Below are positions 56,175 through 64,000 of a stretch of DNA of 64,000 bases, piece after piece. The position numbers and the translations under genes are program-made. A model generated the notes under the pieces. That model made no database searches and had not been told where the DNA came from. It saw only the letters and a program-made list of their open reading frames with translations. Origin of the DNA: Deltaproteobacteria bacterium (GTDB lineage Bacteria > UBA10199 > SBBF01); NCBI GenBank assembly GCA_016183175.1, contig JACPFC010000054.1, positions 8,313 through 72,312 on the forward strand. The letters are read 5' to 3'. How positions within the stretch are numbered: the first letter of the stretch is position 1; every line of letters starts with the position of its first letter.

Positions 56175-56722
56175 ATCCGCGCGAACGCCTTAAGGAACTT
56201 CTTTTAAAACTTTCCTACGAGCAAAAAGAGGTCACACTCGCCTCCGGCCGGAAAAGCGATTTTTATTTTGACGCCAGACAGACGGCGTTGAATCCGGAGG
56301 GGGCGCGGTTGTTGGGAGAACTGTTCTTTGAAAGAATCCAAAAGGAGAATCCGCCGGTTGAGGCGGTGGGGGGGCCTACCCTGGGGGCTGACCCGCTGGT
56401 CACGTCAGTTGCCCTTGTCAGCCATTTGAGAAAAAAACCGCTTCCCGCTTTCATCATCCGCAAGGAGCCCAAAAAACATGGGACCTTGAACTGGATCGAG
56501 GGATTTAAAAATTTGCGCCCCGGCATGCGGGTGGTTCTGCTGGAAGATGTGATCACCACCGGAAAAAGTTCTCTGGAGGCCGCCCAAAGGGCCCTTGAAG
56601 CCGGCCTTGAAGTCGCCGGTATTTTTGCCGTCATCGACCGCGAGGAGGGGGGGCGCGAGGCGATTGAAAAGGCGGGATACGAACTGAAAGTGTTGTTTAC
56701 GAAAAGCGAGCTTTTGAGTTAG
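56171..56722 (+). CDS. pyrE: orotate phosphoribosyltransferase
   Basis: VVLLEDVITTGKSS PRPP-binding motif; ATGA overlap with dksA. Confidence 0.85.
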   Translation: MNPRERLKELLLKLSYEQKEVTLASGRKSDFYFDARQTALNPEGARLLGELFFERIQKENPPVEAVGGPTLGADPLVTSVALVSHLRKKPLPAFIIRKEPKKHGTLNWIEGFKNLRPGMRVVLLEDVITTGKSSLEAAQRALEAGLEVAGIFAVIDREEGGREAIEKAGYELKVLFTKSELLS

Positions 56723-56740
56723 CAAAGTTCAAAGTTTAAA

Positions 56741-57316
56741 GTGCAAAATTCAAAACCAGGGTATTTCATTATATTGGTCTGTTGCCTCATTGCTCCATTG
56801 ACGGCTCTTGGGGGATCCCTTTCCTATAAAAAGGTTCTCAAGAAATGGACGCGATCCGATTCGGTCTATCGGGCCAAGGATTTTCATGCCGAAGTCCTCT
56901 GGCACGCAACCATGCTCAACGACAGAATATTGAACGCCCAGGCGCTCAAATACGGCGAGCTCTACGATCTGTCGGATTCGGAACAGGAGGATTTTTTAAA
57001 CGAATTGACCCGCAAACAGGACGGCGCGGTTTTCTTTTTTGTCGCGTTTTACAATTACGACCGCCATTTCGACGATCTGGCCAATCCCCGCGCGAAATGG
57101 GACCTCCGATTGCAGGCCGGCGGGCGCGACTTTGCCCCGCTAAGGCTCGAAAAGGTCAACCGGCCCAATCCGCTGGAAAGGCTTTTTTACCCCTACCTCG
57201 ATTCGTGGTCGCGCGGCTATTACGTCTGGTTCCCCGCCGAAGCGGCCAACGATGAAGCCCCTTACACCCTTTCGGTCCATGGCCCTTTTGCCGCATCGAA
57301 ACTGGTATGGAAGTGA
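56741..57316 (+). CDS. hypothetical exported/lipoprotein (191 aa)
   Basis: GTG start, signal peptide FIILVCCLIAPLTALGG. Confidence 0.5.
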   Translation: MQNSKPGYFIILVCCLIAPLTALGGSLSYKKVLKKWTRSDSVYRAKDFHAEVLWHATMLNDRILNAQALKYGELYDLSDSEQEDFLNELTRKQDGAVFFFVAFYNYDRHFDDLANPRAKWDLRLQAGGRDFAPLRLEKVNRPNPLERLFYPYLDSWSRGYYVWFPAEAANDEAPYTLSVHGPFAASKLVWK

Positions 57317-57325
57317 AAAAGGTGT

Positions 57326-58972
57326 TTACAAAGGGGTGTGGCGAATCACCGTGTCTTTTTTCTCCGATTCTTTCGGTTCAGGATAATCGAGATTATAATG
57401 AAGCCCCCGCGATTCCTTTCGGGCCATGGCGCAGTCGATGATCATCTCCGCCACGTCGGCTAGGTTGCGCAGTTCGACCAGATCCCGGGTGATCTTGAAA
57501 TTCCAGTAGTATTCCCGGATTTCTTCCTTGAGATTCCGGATTTTGTCGGTGCGGACGATGCCGACATAATTCCACATGAAGCGCCGGATCTCGTCCCAGT
57601 TTTGGGTGATGACGACCGCCTCGTTGGAATCCACGGCCTTTCCGGGGTCCCATGGCGGGATGGCCGTGCCCGTCTTTTTTGTTTTTGGGAGGTCCCGGAT
57701 GATGGCTTGAGACGCGTAATCGGCCGTTGCCACCCCTTCCAAAAGCGAGTTGGAGGCAAGCCGGTTGGCCCCGTGCAATCCGGTGCAGGCGGTCTCGCCG
57801 ATTGCGTAGAGCGACCCGATCTCCGTTTTTCCCTCCCCGTCAACGACAACGCCGCCGCAAAAATAGTGGGCCGCCGGAACGACCGGGATGGGGCCGCGCG
57901 CCGGATCGTAGCCCGATTTTTTGCAGGTATCGTAAATATGCGGAAACCGTTTTTTGATGAAGGCCCCTTTTTTGTGGGAAATATCGAGCAAAACATAGGG
58001 GGCGCCGGTCCGTTTCATCTCCGAGTCGATCGCCCGCGCCACGACGTCGCGCGGGGCCAGCTCCTTCATCGGGTGGCATTTCTCCATGAACCGCTCTCCG
58101 TCGGCCAGGAGAAGTTTCGCTCCTTCGCCGCGAAGGGCCTCGGAGATGAGGAAAATGCGTTCTTTCGGGATTCCCTTTCCGGCGGCACCGGCCCTGCCGG
58201 CCTGGCGGCCGACCCTGTCGGTTACCGGCGCCCAAGCGCCCGGGTTGTAGAGGCAGGTCGGGTGGAACTGGACAAACTCGAGATTCGCCATGCCTGCCCC
58301 CGCCCGGTACGCCATGGCCAGCCCATCGCCGGTGGCGATATCCGGATTGGTGGTGTAAAGATAGGCCTTGCCGGCGCCGCCGGTCGCCAGGAGGGTCGCC
58401 CCCGCCTCAAAGACCTTGATCTCTCCGCTTTTTGTATCGAGCACGTAGGCCCCCAGACAGCGGTTGCCGGCGCCCCATCCGTTTATTTTTCGGGTTGTGA
58501 TGAGGTCGATGGCGGTGTGAAATTCAAAGAGGCGGATTTTTTTGGTTTTTGCGGCTGACTTTAAGAGGGCCGATTCGAGCATGGCGCCGGTGGTGTCGGC
58601 CGAATGAAGAACACGGCGCCGGGAGTGCCCCCCCTCTCGGCCGAGGTCGAATTCGTTCCGGTCCTTTTTGGAAAATTTGGCCCCCCATTTCAAGAGTTCC
58701 CGGATCAGCCGGGGCCCGTCGCCGATAATTTTTTCCACGACATTGCGGCGGCACAATCCGGCGCCGGCGGTCAGCGTGTCTTTCATGTGCGATTCAAAAT
58801 TGTCGGCTGAAGACATCACGGAGGCGATTCCCCCCTGGGCATAACGGGTGTTGCTCTCCATCGCCTCGCGCTTGGTGACAACGGCGACGCGAAAACGATC
58901 GGCCAGCTTGAGCGCAGAGCTTAAACCGGCAATTCCGCTTCCGATGATTAAGACATCCGTTTTTATTGTCAT
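57326..58972 (-). CDS. nadB: L-aspartate oxidase
   Basis: DVLIIGSGIAGLSSA FAD motif, fumarate reductase/succinate DH flavoprotein fold; ATG at 58972. Confidence 0.9.
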   Translation of the reverse strand: MTIKTDVLIIGSGIAGLSSALKLADRFRVAVVTKREAMESNTRYAQGGIASVMSSADNFESHMKDTLTAGAGLCRRNVVEKIIGDGPRLIRELLKWGAKFSKKDRNEFDLGREGGHSRRRVLHSADTTGAMLESALLKSAAKTKKIRLFEFHTAIDLITTRKINGWGAGNRCLGAYVLDTKSGEIKVFEAGATLLATGGAGKAYLYTTNPDIATGDGLAMAYRAGAGMANLEFVQFHPTCLYNPGAWAPVTDRVGRQAGRAGAAGKGIPKERIFLISEALRGEGAKLLLADGERFMEKCHPMKELAPRDVVARAIDSEMKRTGAPYVLLDISHKKGAFIKKRFPHIYDTCKKSGYDPARGPIPVVPAAHYFCGGVVVDGEGKTEIGSLYAIGETACTGLHGANRLASNSLLEGVATADYASQAIIRDLPKTKKTGTAIPPWDPGKAVDSNEAVVITQNWDEIRRFMWNYVGIVRTDKIRNLKEEIREYYWNFKITRDLVELRNLADVAEMIIDCAMARKESRGLHYNLDYPEPKESEKKDTVIRHTPL

Positions 58973-59033
58973 TTTTTTGTTTTCGTTGGACATTAGAGGC
59001 ATGATTCGTTAACGTCAAACATAAATATTTGTC

Positions 59034-59618
59034 ATGTCTCCCATCAACCGCAAGATTCTCTTTAACGTTCCCAACGTGATGTCTCTGGGGCGGATGGGCT
59101 CGATTCCGATCGTCATGGTTTTTCTTTTGCTTCAGGGACCGCATCGTTCCGACGACGAGAACCGTCTTTTTGCCCTCCTTTCCGCCATTCCCTTCATCGC
59201 CGCCGGGATTTTCGATCTCGTTGACGGCTACTGGGCAAGAAAATACGGCCAGGTGAGCACGATGGGAAAATTCATCGACCCCATGGCCGACAAGCTTATC
59301 CACATGACGGTGATGATCATGCTGATTCCGATGGAGCGGTTTCCCGCCTGGCTTTGCGTGGTCCTGCTGTTCCGCGAATTTCTCATCACCGGCTTGAGGT
59401 CGGTGGCGGCAGGCGAGGGGGTCATCATTGCGGCGGCGGAACTGGGAAAGCAGAAGACCGCCTGGATGAATTTCGGGCTTTCGGGGCTTTTGCTGTATTA
59501 TCCGGTTTTCGGCGTCAGTGTCTATTCGGCCGGCTGGATTTGCGTCGGTGTCGGCGTCTTTTTTAATGTTGTATCCGGCGTTCAGTATGTGGTGAAGTTT
59601 TTGGAAGCAAAGAAATAA
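59034..59618 (+). CDS. pgsA: CDP-diacylglycerol--glycerol-3-phosphate 3-phosphatidyltransferase
   Basis: DGYWARKYGQVSTMGKFIDPMADK CDP-alcohol phosphatidyltransferase motif. Confidence 0.8.
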   Translation: MSPINRKILFNVPNVMSLGRMGSIPIVMVFLLLQGPHRSDDENRLFALLSAIPFIAAGIFDLVDGYWARKYGQVSTMGKFIDPMADKLIHMTVMIMLIPMERFPAWLCVVLLFREFLITGLRSVAAGEGVIIAAAELGKQKTAWMNFGLSGLLLYYPVFGVSVYSAGWICVGVGVFFNVVSGVQYVVKFLEAKK

Positions 59619-59624
59619 AATGAG

Positions 59625-59794
59625 TAACAATTCCGTCTCGGTGTCTGCTTTCGGTTCCATCGGAACTCGCGGTCTATTTGTCGCCACTCGAATTGTTGAT
59701 TCTCTCTTGGCTTGTACCAGTTGGCGATGGGCACTAAGGTTGCGCTCAAACACACCGATGGAACCTCAAGCATCCATCCGAGACTGAATTGTTA
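59625..59794. mobile_element. MITE-like element, copy 4, between pgsA stop and dut start
   Basis: TAACAATTCCGTCTCGG...CCGAGACTGAATTGTTAC; ends 5 nt before the dut ATG. Confidence 0.65.
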
Positions 59795-59799
59795 CAAAA

Positions 59800-60297
59800 A
59801 TGATCTCCATAAAAGTAAAACGGGTGCGCGAGAGTCTCGATCCGCTCCCCCTCCCGGAATATCAGAGCGAACACGCCGCCGGGATGGATTTGATGGCCGA
59901 TATCGAAGAGGCGATCCATCTCAAGCCCCTTGAGCGGCGCCTTGTCCCCACCGGTCTGGCCATCGAGCTTCCGCCCGGTTTCGAGGCGCAGATCAGGCCT
60001 CGAAGCGGGCTTGCCGTGAGACAGGGAATCACGCTTCTCAACTCGCCGGGGACCATCGATGCCGACTACCGGGGCGAGATTTGCGTGATTATCGTCAATC
60101 TGGGGAACGAACCGGTCGTTCTCAACCGGGGCGACCGCATCGCGCAGATGATCGTGGCGCCCGTTGCGAGAGCGGAACTTGTTGAAGTCGCCGACCTTAA
60201 AGAAAGCGGGCGCGGAAAAAACGGTTTCGGATCTACAGGATCGGGGGCTTTGCCGCTGGCGCCCGGGGTCCCCACCGAACGCCACCGGTTCGAGTGA
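59800..60297 (+). CDS. dut: dUTP diphosphatase
   Basis: [25 protein letters not shown] motifs I-V. Confidence 0.85.
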   Translation: MISIKVKRVRESLDPLPLPEYQSEHAAGMDLMADIEEAIHLKPLERRLVPTGLAIELPPGFEAQIRPRSGLAVRQGITLLNSPGTIDADYRGEICVIIVNLGNEPVVLNRGDRIAQMIVAPVARAELVEVADLKESGRGKNGFGSTGSGALPLAPGVPTERHRFE

Positions 60298-60322
60298 GGT
60301 GGGGGCGGAAACTGATTCCGCT

Positions 60323-60361
60323 CCCAAGCCGCTTAATCCGCCACCGGCGGCGCGGCTTGGG
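60323..60361. repeat. REP-like palindrome (family 2)
   Basis: CCCAAGCCGCTTAATCCGCCACCGGCGGCGCGGCTTGGG. Confidence 0.45.
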
Positions 60362-60426
60362 AACCCTACCCCCCGTTCGCTCGCGTCCGCCTGAGGCGGA
60401 ACGCTCGCTCACCATAGGGATTGGAT

Positions 60427-61125
60427 ATGCGGAAGAGCCAAAGAACCTTTCTTAAACTCCTTTTTTGCCTGTTTGGGCTTGTCCTTTTTTCGGGGTTGGG
60501 TTTTTTTGCGTTCACCCATCGCACTGCCGACAGCCTTCTTCCGTTTGGTCTTTGGGGGGGGTTCCTTTTTGTCCTTTATCTGGTTTTATTTTGGAGAATC
60601 TTTTCTTTTTTCCGCGAAAGCCGCCTTAAGGAGGAAACGCTCGAGCGGATGAGCACCCGTGACCTGGCCACCGGTTTGATGAACCGTCGGGGTTTTGAGG
60701 GGCTTGCGGGGCAGGAGATGGAAAGGGCCCGCCGAAAGGGGTATCCGGCCTCCCTTATTTTCGTCCGGGTGGAGCCGCTGGAGCTGATTACCAAGGATTT
60801 TGGGCGCCCGGCGGTGGATCACCTCCTTACCCAGATCGCCGAATTTTTAAAAAAGGCCTGCCGGAGCTACGACGGCGTCTTTGCCTACGACCGCGACACC
60901 TTTGCCGTTCTGCTTGCCGAGACCGGTTCCGACCAGCTCAAAAGCGTCGCCGGCAGGATCGAAAAAAAGATGATGCAAAAGGAATTTTCCATCGGCCGCT
61001 CCAAAGATGTCATCAAGCCGCACATCCATTACGGCCTTGCCACTTATCCCGCCCACGGGGAGGACTTGAAAGGGGTGGTCAGCCACGCCTTAAGCGGCCT
61101 GTTTGACGCCTCTTCCCCCAAATGA
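60427..61125 (+). CDS. membrane-anchored degenerate GGDEF-domain protein
   Basis: Two N-terminal TM helices; GGDEF fold but signature replaced by YDRDTF; start at MRKSQ (ORF from TTG 60421). Confidence 0.7.
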   Translation: MRKSQRTFLKLLFCLFGLVLFSGLGFFAFTHRTADSLLPFGLWGGFLFVLYLVLFWRIFSFFRESRLKEETLERMSTRDLATGLMNRRGFEGLAGQEMERARRKGYPASLIFVRVEPLELITKDFGRPAVDHLLTQIAEFLKKACRSYDGVFAYDRDTFAVLLAETGSDQLKSVAGRIEKKMMQKEFSIGRSKDVIKPHIHYGLATYPAHGEDLKGVVSHALSGLFDASSPK

Positions 61126-61247
61126 TGCGTCGCGCCAAGTCCTGATCTTTTTAACGCATCGCTTCCAACCATTGATTTTTGGGCCTTTGCGGGGAGTTCA
61201 AGCCATGGTATCCTTGAGGTGCGAGGTGATATTTGAAAAACATTCTG

Positions 61248-61385
61248 ATGCAACTGCTTCGGGCGGGCTTGTTGGTTCTTTTAATGACTGTTGTCTCGGT
61301 GGAGATCATCGCCAAGAGAAAGACCACCATCTCCGATCCGCCTCCCGAAGAGGATGAGGAAATTGAAGACATCGTGACGGTGTAG
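61248..61385 (+). CDS. possible small membrane protein (45 aa)
   Basis: MQLLRAGLLVLLMTVVSVEIIAKRK... single TM helix + acidic tail; below the ORF-track cutoff. Confidence 0.25.
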   Translation: MQLLRAGLLVLLMTVVSVEIIAKRKTTISDPPPEEDEEIEDIVTV

Positions 61386-61457
61386 GCGAGCTCTTTTCAG
61401 CGTTAAAAGGCTTGTTTTTTCCGCTTCGCTTTAATATATCCACACCGTTCAAAATCC

Positions 61458-62756
61458 ATGAAAATTCTTGTGATCGGTTCAGGCGGCAGAGAGCATGCCA
61501 TCGTTTGGAAGCTTTCCCAAAGCCCAAAGGTGAAAAAAATCTGGTGCGCCCCCGGAAACGCCGGCATTGCGGGACTTGCCGAATGTGTGGATATTTCTTC
61601 GGAAGACATCGCCGGTTTGGCTGTTTTTGCAAAATCCAACGGCGTCGATCTGACGGTGGTCGGTCCGGAACTCCCCCTAAGCCTTGGTCTTGTGGACGAA
61701 TTTGAAAGGGGGGGGCTTAAGGTCTTCGGCCCGCGCAAAAAGGCGGCCGTTCTTGAATCTTCCAAATGTTTCACAAAGGAATTTGCCTTAAGACACGGGA
61801 TCCCGACGGCAGGATTCAGGATTTTCAGCGATCCGGTAGAAGTGCGAAAGGCGCTTTCCGAACAAACCTCGTTCCCGGTGGTTGTCAAGGCGGACGGCCT
61901 GGCGGGGGGAAAGGGGGTGGTGGTGGCGCGGGACGAGGCGGAGGCCGTCCGCGTGGTGGAGGATATGCTGGTCCATGAGAAATTCGGGCCGGCGGGAAGA
62001 AAGATAATTTTGGAAGAATTTCTCCCGGGCATCGAGGCCACTTTTATGGTTGTCGCCGATGGGGAGCAATTTCTTCCGTTCGAATCGTGTCAGGATCACA
62101 AAAGGGTCTTTGATAACGACGAAGGGCCGAACACAGGGGGGATGGGGGCGATCAGTCCCGCGGGAGTTGTCACAAAGGAGGTTCGCCGCAAGGTGATCGA
62201 AAAAATCATCGAGCCGACCTTGAGAGGATTGACGGTTGAAGACCGCCCTTATCGCGGCATTCTCTACGCCGGGTTGATGATTCGGGAGGACGAGCCTTAT
62301 CTTATCGAATTCAACTGCCGGTTCGGCGACCCGGAGGCGCAGGCGATTCTTTTTCGCCTGGAGTCGGATCTGGTGGAGCTGATGGAGGCGGCCGGATCCG
62401 GCGGGCTTTCGGAATTTCCGATCCGGTTCTTAAAAGAGCCGTCGTGCTGTGTGGTGATGGCCTCCGGCGGATATCCCGGTTCTTTTGAGAAAGGGAAGCC
62501 GCCTGGCGGCAAGCCACCTGGTGGCAAGCCGATTTCCGGTCTTGAAAAAGTTTTGAAGATGAAGGATGTCCTTGTGTTTCACGCCGGAACGCGCAAAGAA
62601 GAGGGGCGCTTTTTAACCAACGGCGGGCGGGTTTTGGGGGTGACGGCGAGGGGGAAAGATTTGAAAAAGGCGCTGGATCGGGCCTATGAAGCTTGTGCGG
62701 CTATTTCGTGGGAGGGGGCGCATTATCGGAGAGATATTGGGAGGAGGGGATTATGA
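61458..62756 (+). CDS. purD: phosphoribosylamine--glycine ligase
   Basis: MKILVIGSGGREHAI; ATP-grasp; in-frame GKPPGGKPPGGKP repeat (62496-62534). Confidence 0.9.
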   Translation: MKILVIGSGGREHAIVWKLSQSPKVKKIWCAPGNAGIAGLAECVDISSEDIAGLAVFAKSNGVDLTVVGPELPLSLGLVDEFERGGLKVFGPRKKAAVLESSKCFTKEFALRHGIPTAGFRIFSDPVEVRKALSEQTSFPVVVKADGLAGGKGVVVARDEAEAVRVVEDMLVHEKFGPAGRKIILEEFLPGIEATFMVVADGEQFLPFESCQDHKRVFDNDEGPNTGGMGAISPAGVVTKEVRRKVIEKIIEPTLRGLTVEDRPYRGILYAGLMIREDEPYLIEFNCRFGDPEAQAILFRLESDLVELMEAAGSGGLSEFPIRFLKEPSCCVVMASGGYPGSFEKGKPPGGKPPGGKPISGLEKVLKMKDVLVFHAGTRKEEGRFLTNGGRVLGVTARGKDLKKALDRAYEACAAISWEGAHYRRDIGRRGL

Positions 62757-63253
62757 CTCCACAAGTTGCCATCGTGATGGGGAGCGATTCGGATCTTCCG
62801 TCCATGCAGGAGGCGGAAAAGATTTTAAAGGAATTCGGCATTTCCGCAGAGACGCGAATTCTCTCGGCGCACCGGACGCCGGAACTGGCGGCCGAATACG
62901 CCAGGGAGGCCTCCAAAAAAGGGATCAAAATAATCATCGCCGGGGCGGGGATGGCCAATCACCTGGCGGGGGCGATGGCGGCGCATACGATTTTGCCGGT
63001 CATCGGGGTTCCGCTCGAAGGTTCTTCGTTGAACGGTCTGGACGCCCTGTTGTCCACCGTCCAGATGCCGCCGGGGATTCCGGTGGCCTGCGTGGCGGTC
63101 GGCAAGGCGGGGGCCAAAAACGCCGGTTTTTTGGCGGTGCAACTTCTGGCCCTTGAAGACAAAAATTTGGGAAAACGTCTGATTGAATATCGAAAGAAGG
63201 CGACAGCGGCGGTGGTGGAAAAGAACAAAAAATTGCAGGAAGAGCGGGGGTAA
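62753..63253 (+). CDS. purE: N5-carboxyaminoimidazole ribonucleotide mutase
   Basis: [14 protein letters not shown]...[27 protein letters not shown]; ATGA overlap with purD. Confidence 0.9.
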   Translation: MTPQVAIVMGSDSDLPSMQEAEKILKEFGISAETRILSAHRTPELAAEYAREASKKGIKIIIAGAGMANHLAGAMAAHTILPVIGVPLEGSSLNGLDALLSTVQMPPGIPVACVAVGKAGAKNAGFLAVQLLALEDKNLGKRLIEYRKKATAAVVEKNKKLQEERG

Positions 63254-63297
63254 ATCCCCCCGGCCCCCCTTTGCCAAAGGGGGGGGAGGGGGGATTT
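63252..63297. repeat. RPE-like G/C palindromic element (intergenic purE-tsaC)
   Basis: AAATCCCCCCGGCCCCCCTTTGCCAAAGGGGGGGGAGGGGGGATTT; nearly identical architecture to 44733-44780. Confidence 0.45.
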
Positions 63298-63300
63298 GAT

Positions 63301-63885
63301 ATGAGAAGATGTCCAGTCTTAACCGTGGCGCAGGCCGCTCGGATTGTCAGAAAGGGGGGCATTGTCGCCTATCCCACCGAAACATTTTATGGACTGGCGG
63401 CCAGGGCGGATAATCCGGATGCGGTAGGACGAGTTTTTGAAATAAAGGGGAGAGAAAAGGGAAAACCGGTTTCAATTTTGATCGACTCGCAACGAGAGCT
63501 CAAACGATGGGTCCGCGGGATCGGCCCCCGCGAGAAAAAATTGATCAGCCGTTTCTGGCCGGGGCCATTGACCCTCGTGTTTAAGGCGCGAAAGGGGGTG
63601 AACCAGTTTCTCACGGGAGGATCGGGAAAAATCGGCGTTCGAATCTCCTCCAACCCTGTTGCCCGGCGTCTGACCCGGCTTTCGGGCGGCGCCATCACCG
63701 CCACCAGCGCCAACCGGTCCGGACAAAAACCGGCGACAAGTGGCCTTTCGGCCCGGAGAAAATTGGGGAAAAAAATCGACGGCGTTGTTTCAGGCGGAAG
63801 ATTAAAGAGATCGAAAGGATCAACTATTTTAGATGTATCCGGAAAGAAACTTAAAGTGATTCGTGAAGGCGAAATTGTCCTATGA
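63301..63885 (+). CDS. tsaC: L-threonylcarbamoyladenylate synthase (TsaC/YrdC family)
   Basis: [13 protein letters not shown]...[13 protein letters not shown]...[10 protein letters not shown] motifs. Confidence 0.8.
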   Translation: MRRCPVLTVAQAARIVRKGGIVAYPTETFYGLAARADNPDAVGRVFEIKGREKGKPVSILIDSQRELKRWVRGIGPREKKLISRFWPGPLTLVFKARKGVNQFLTGGSGKIGVRISSNPVARRLTRLSGGAITATSANRSGQKPATSGLSARRKLGKKIDGVVSGGRLKRSKGSTILDVSGKKLKVIREGEIVL

Positions 63886-64000
63886 CTGATCCCAAAGTTT
63901 TTCCCTTTCGGGCGTACACTTATAATCCTCAAAAAGTGGGGGATATCTCCCGCGTGGTGACCCCTCCGTATGACGTGATCAACCCCGAAATGCAGAGGGA
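63882..64000 (+). CDS. DUF1015-family protein (3'-partial at window edge)
   Basis: [34 protein letters not shown]-terminal signature of COG4198/DUF1015; ATGA overlap with tsaC. Confidence 0.55.
   Translation, partial: MTDPKVFPFRAYTYNPQKVGDISRVVTPPYDVINPEMQR

Overview
GC-rich bacterial chromosomal segment, probably from a deep-branching or candidate-phylum MAG. It has the futalosine menaquinone pathway (MqnC/MqnE-family radical SAM enzyme), PFK (ATP- or PPi-dependent not resolved) and a second EF-G-like paralog. About 60 protein genes are mostly housekeeping: a split methylmalonyl-CoA mutase (B12-binding domain gene at 1..234, catalytic subunit at 3198..4823 on the opposite strand); acyl-CoA carboxylase (PccB, then biotin carboxylase and BCCP in shifted frames); pheA-tyrA-aroA; rpsA, sppA, HU/IHF, der, ligA, recG, lipB and lipA, nadB, pgsA, dut, purD-purE, tsaC, pfkA, RNase R, PBP1A and dksA-pyrE. 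It also carries a PAS histidine kinase with two single-domain response regulators, an HD-GYP response regulator and a degenerate GGDEF protein. There are four tRNAs: Leu-CAG, Gly-GCC, Met-CAU and Pro-GGG. Two of them (Leu, Gly) have truncated 5' duplicates upstream. Three type II toxin-antitoxin modules are present: DUF1778/GNAT (TacAT-like), VapBC, and AbrB/RelE-like. The most striking content is small non-coding mobile or palindromic DNA: a new ~170-bp MITE family with 18-22 bp terminal inverted repeats (4 copies, one with a nested insertion and one supplying the stop codons of two convergent genes); several families of REP-like GC-rich palindromes (one with a 56-nt copy in frame inside recG); large AT-rich palindromes at gene ends; RPE-like G/C palindromes lying in frame inside CDSs; and a REPtron-like unit encoding a RAYT/IS200-like HUH transposase flanked by 21-bp inverted repeats. 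Several hypothetical secreted, acidic or low-complexity gene clusters are unexplained (11344..14316, 27466..29008, 31389..32333). No CRISPR array, rRNA, integrase or phage genes were seen.
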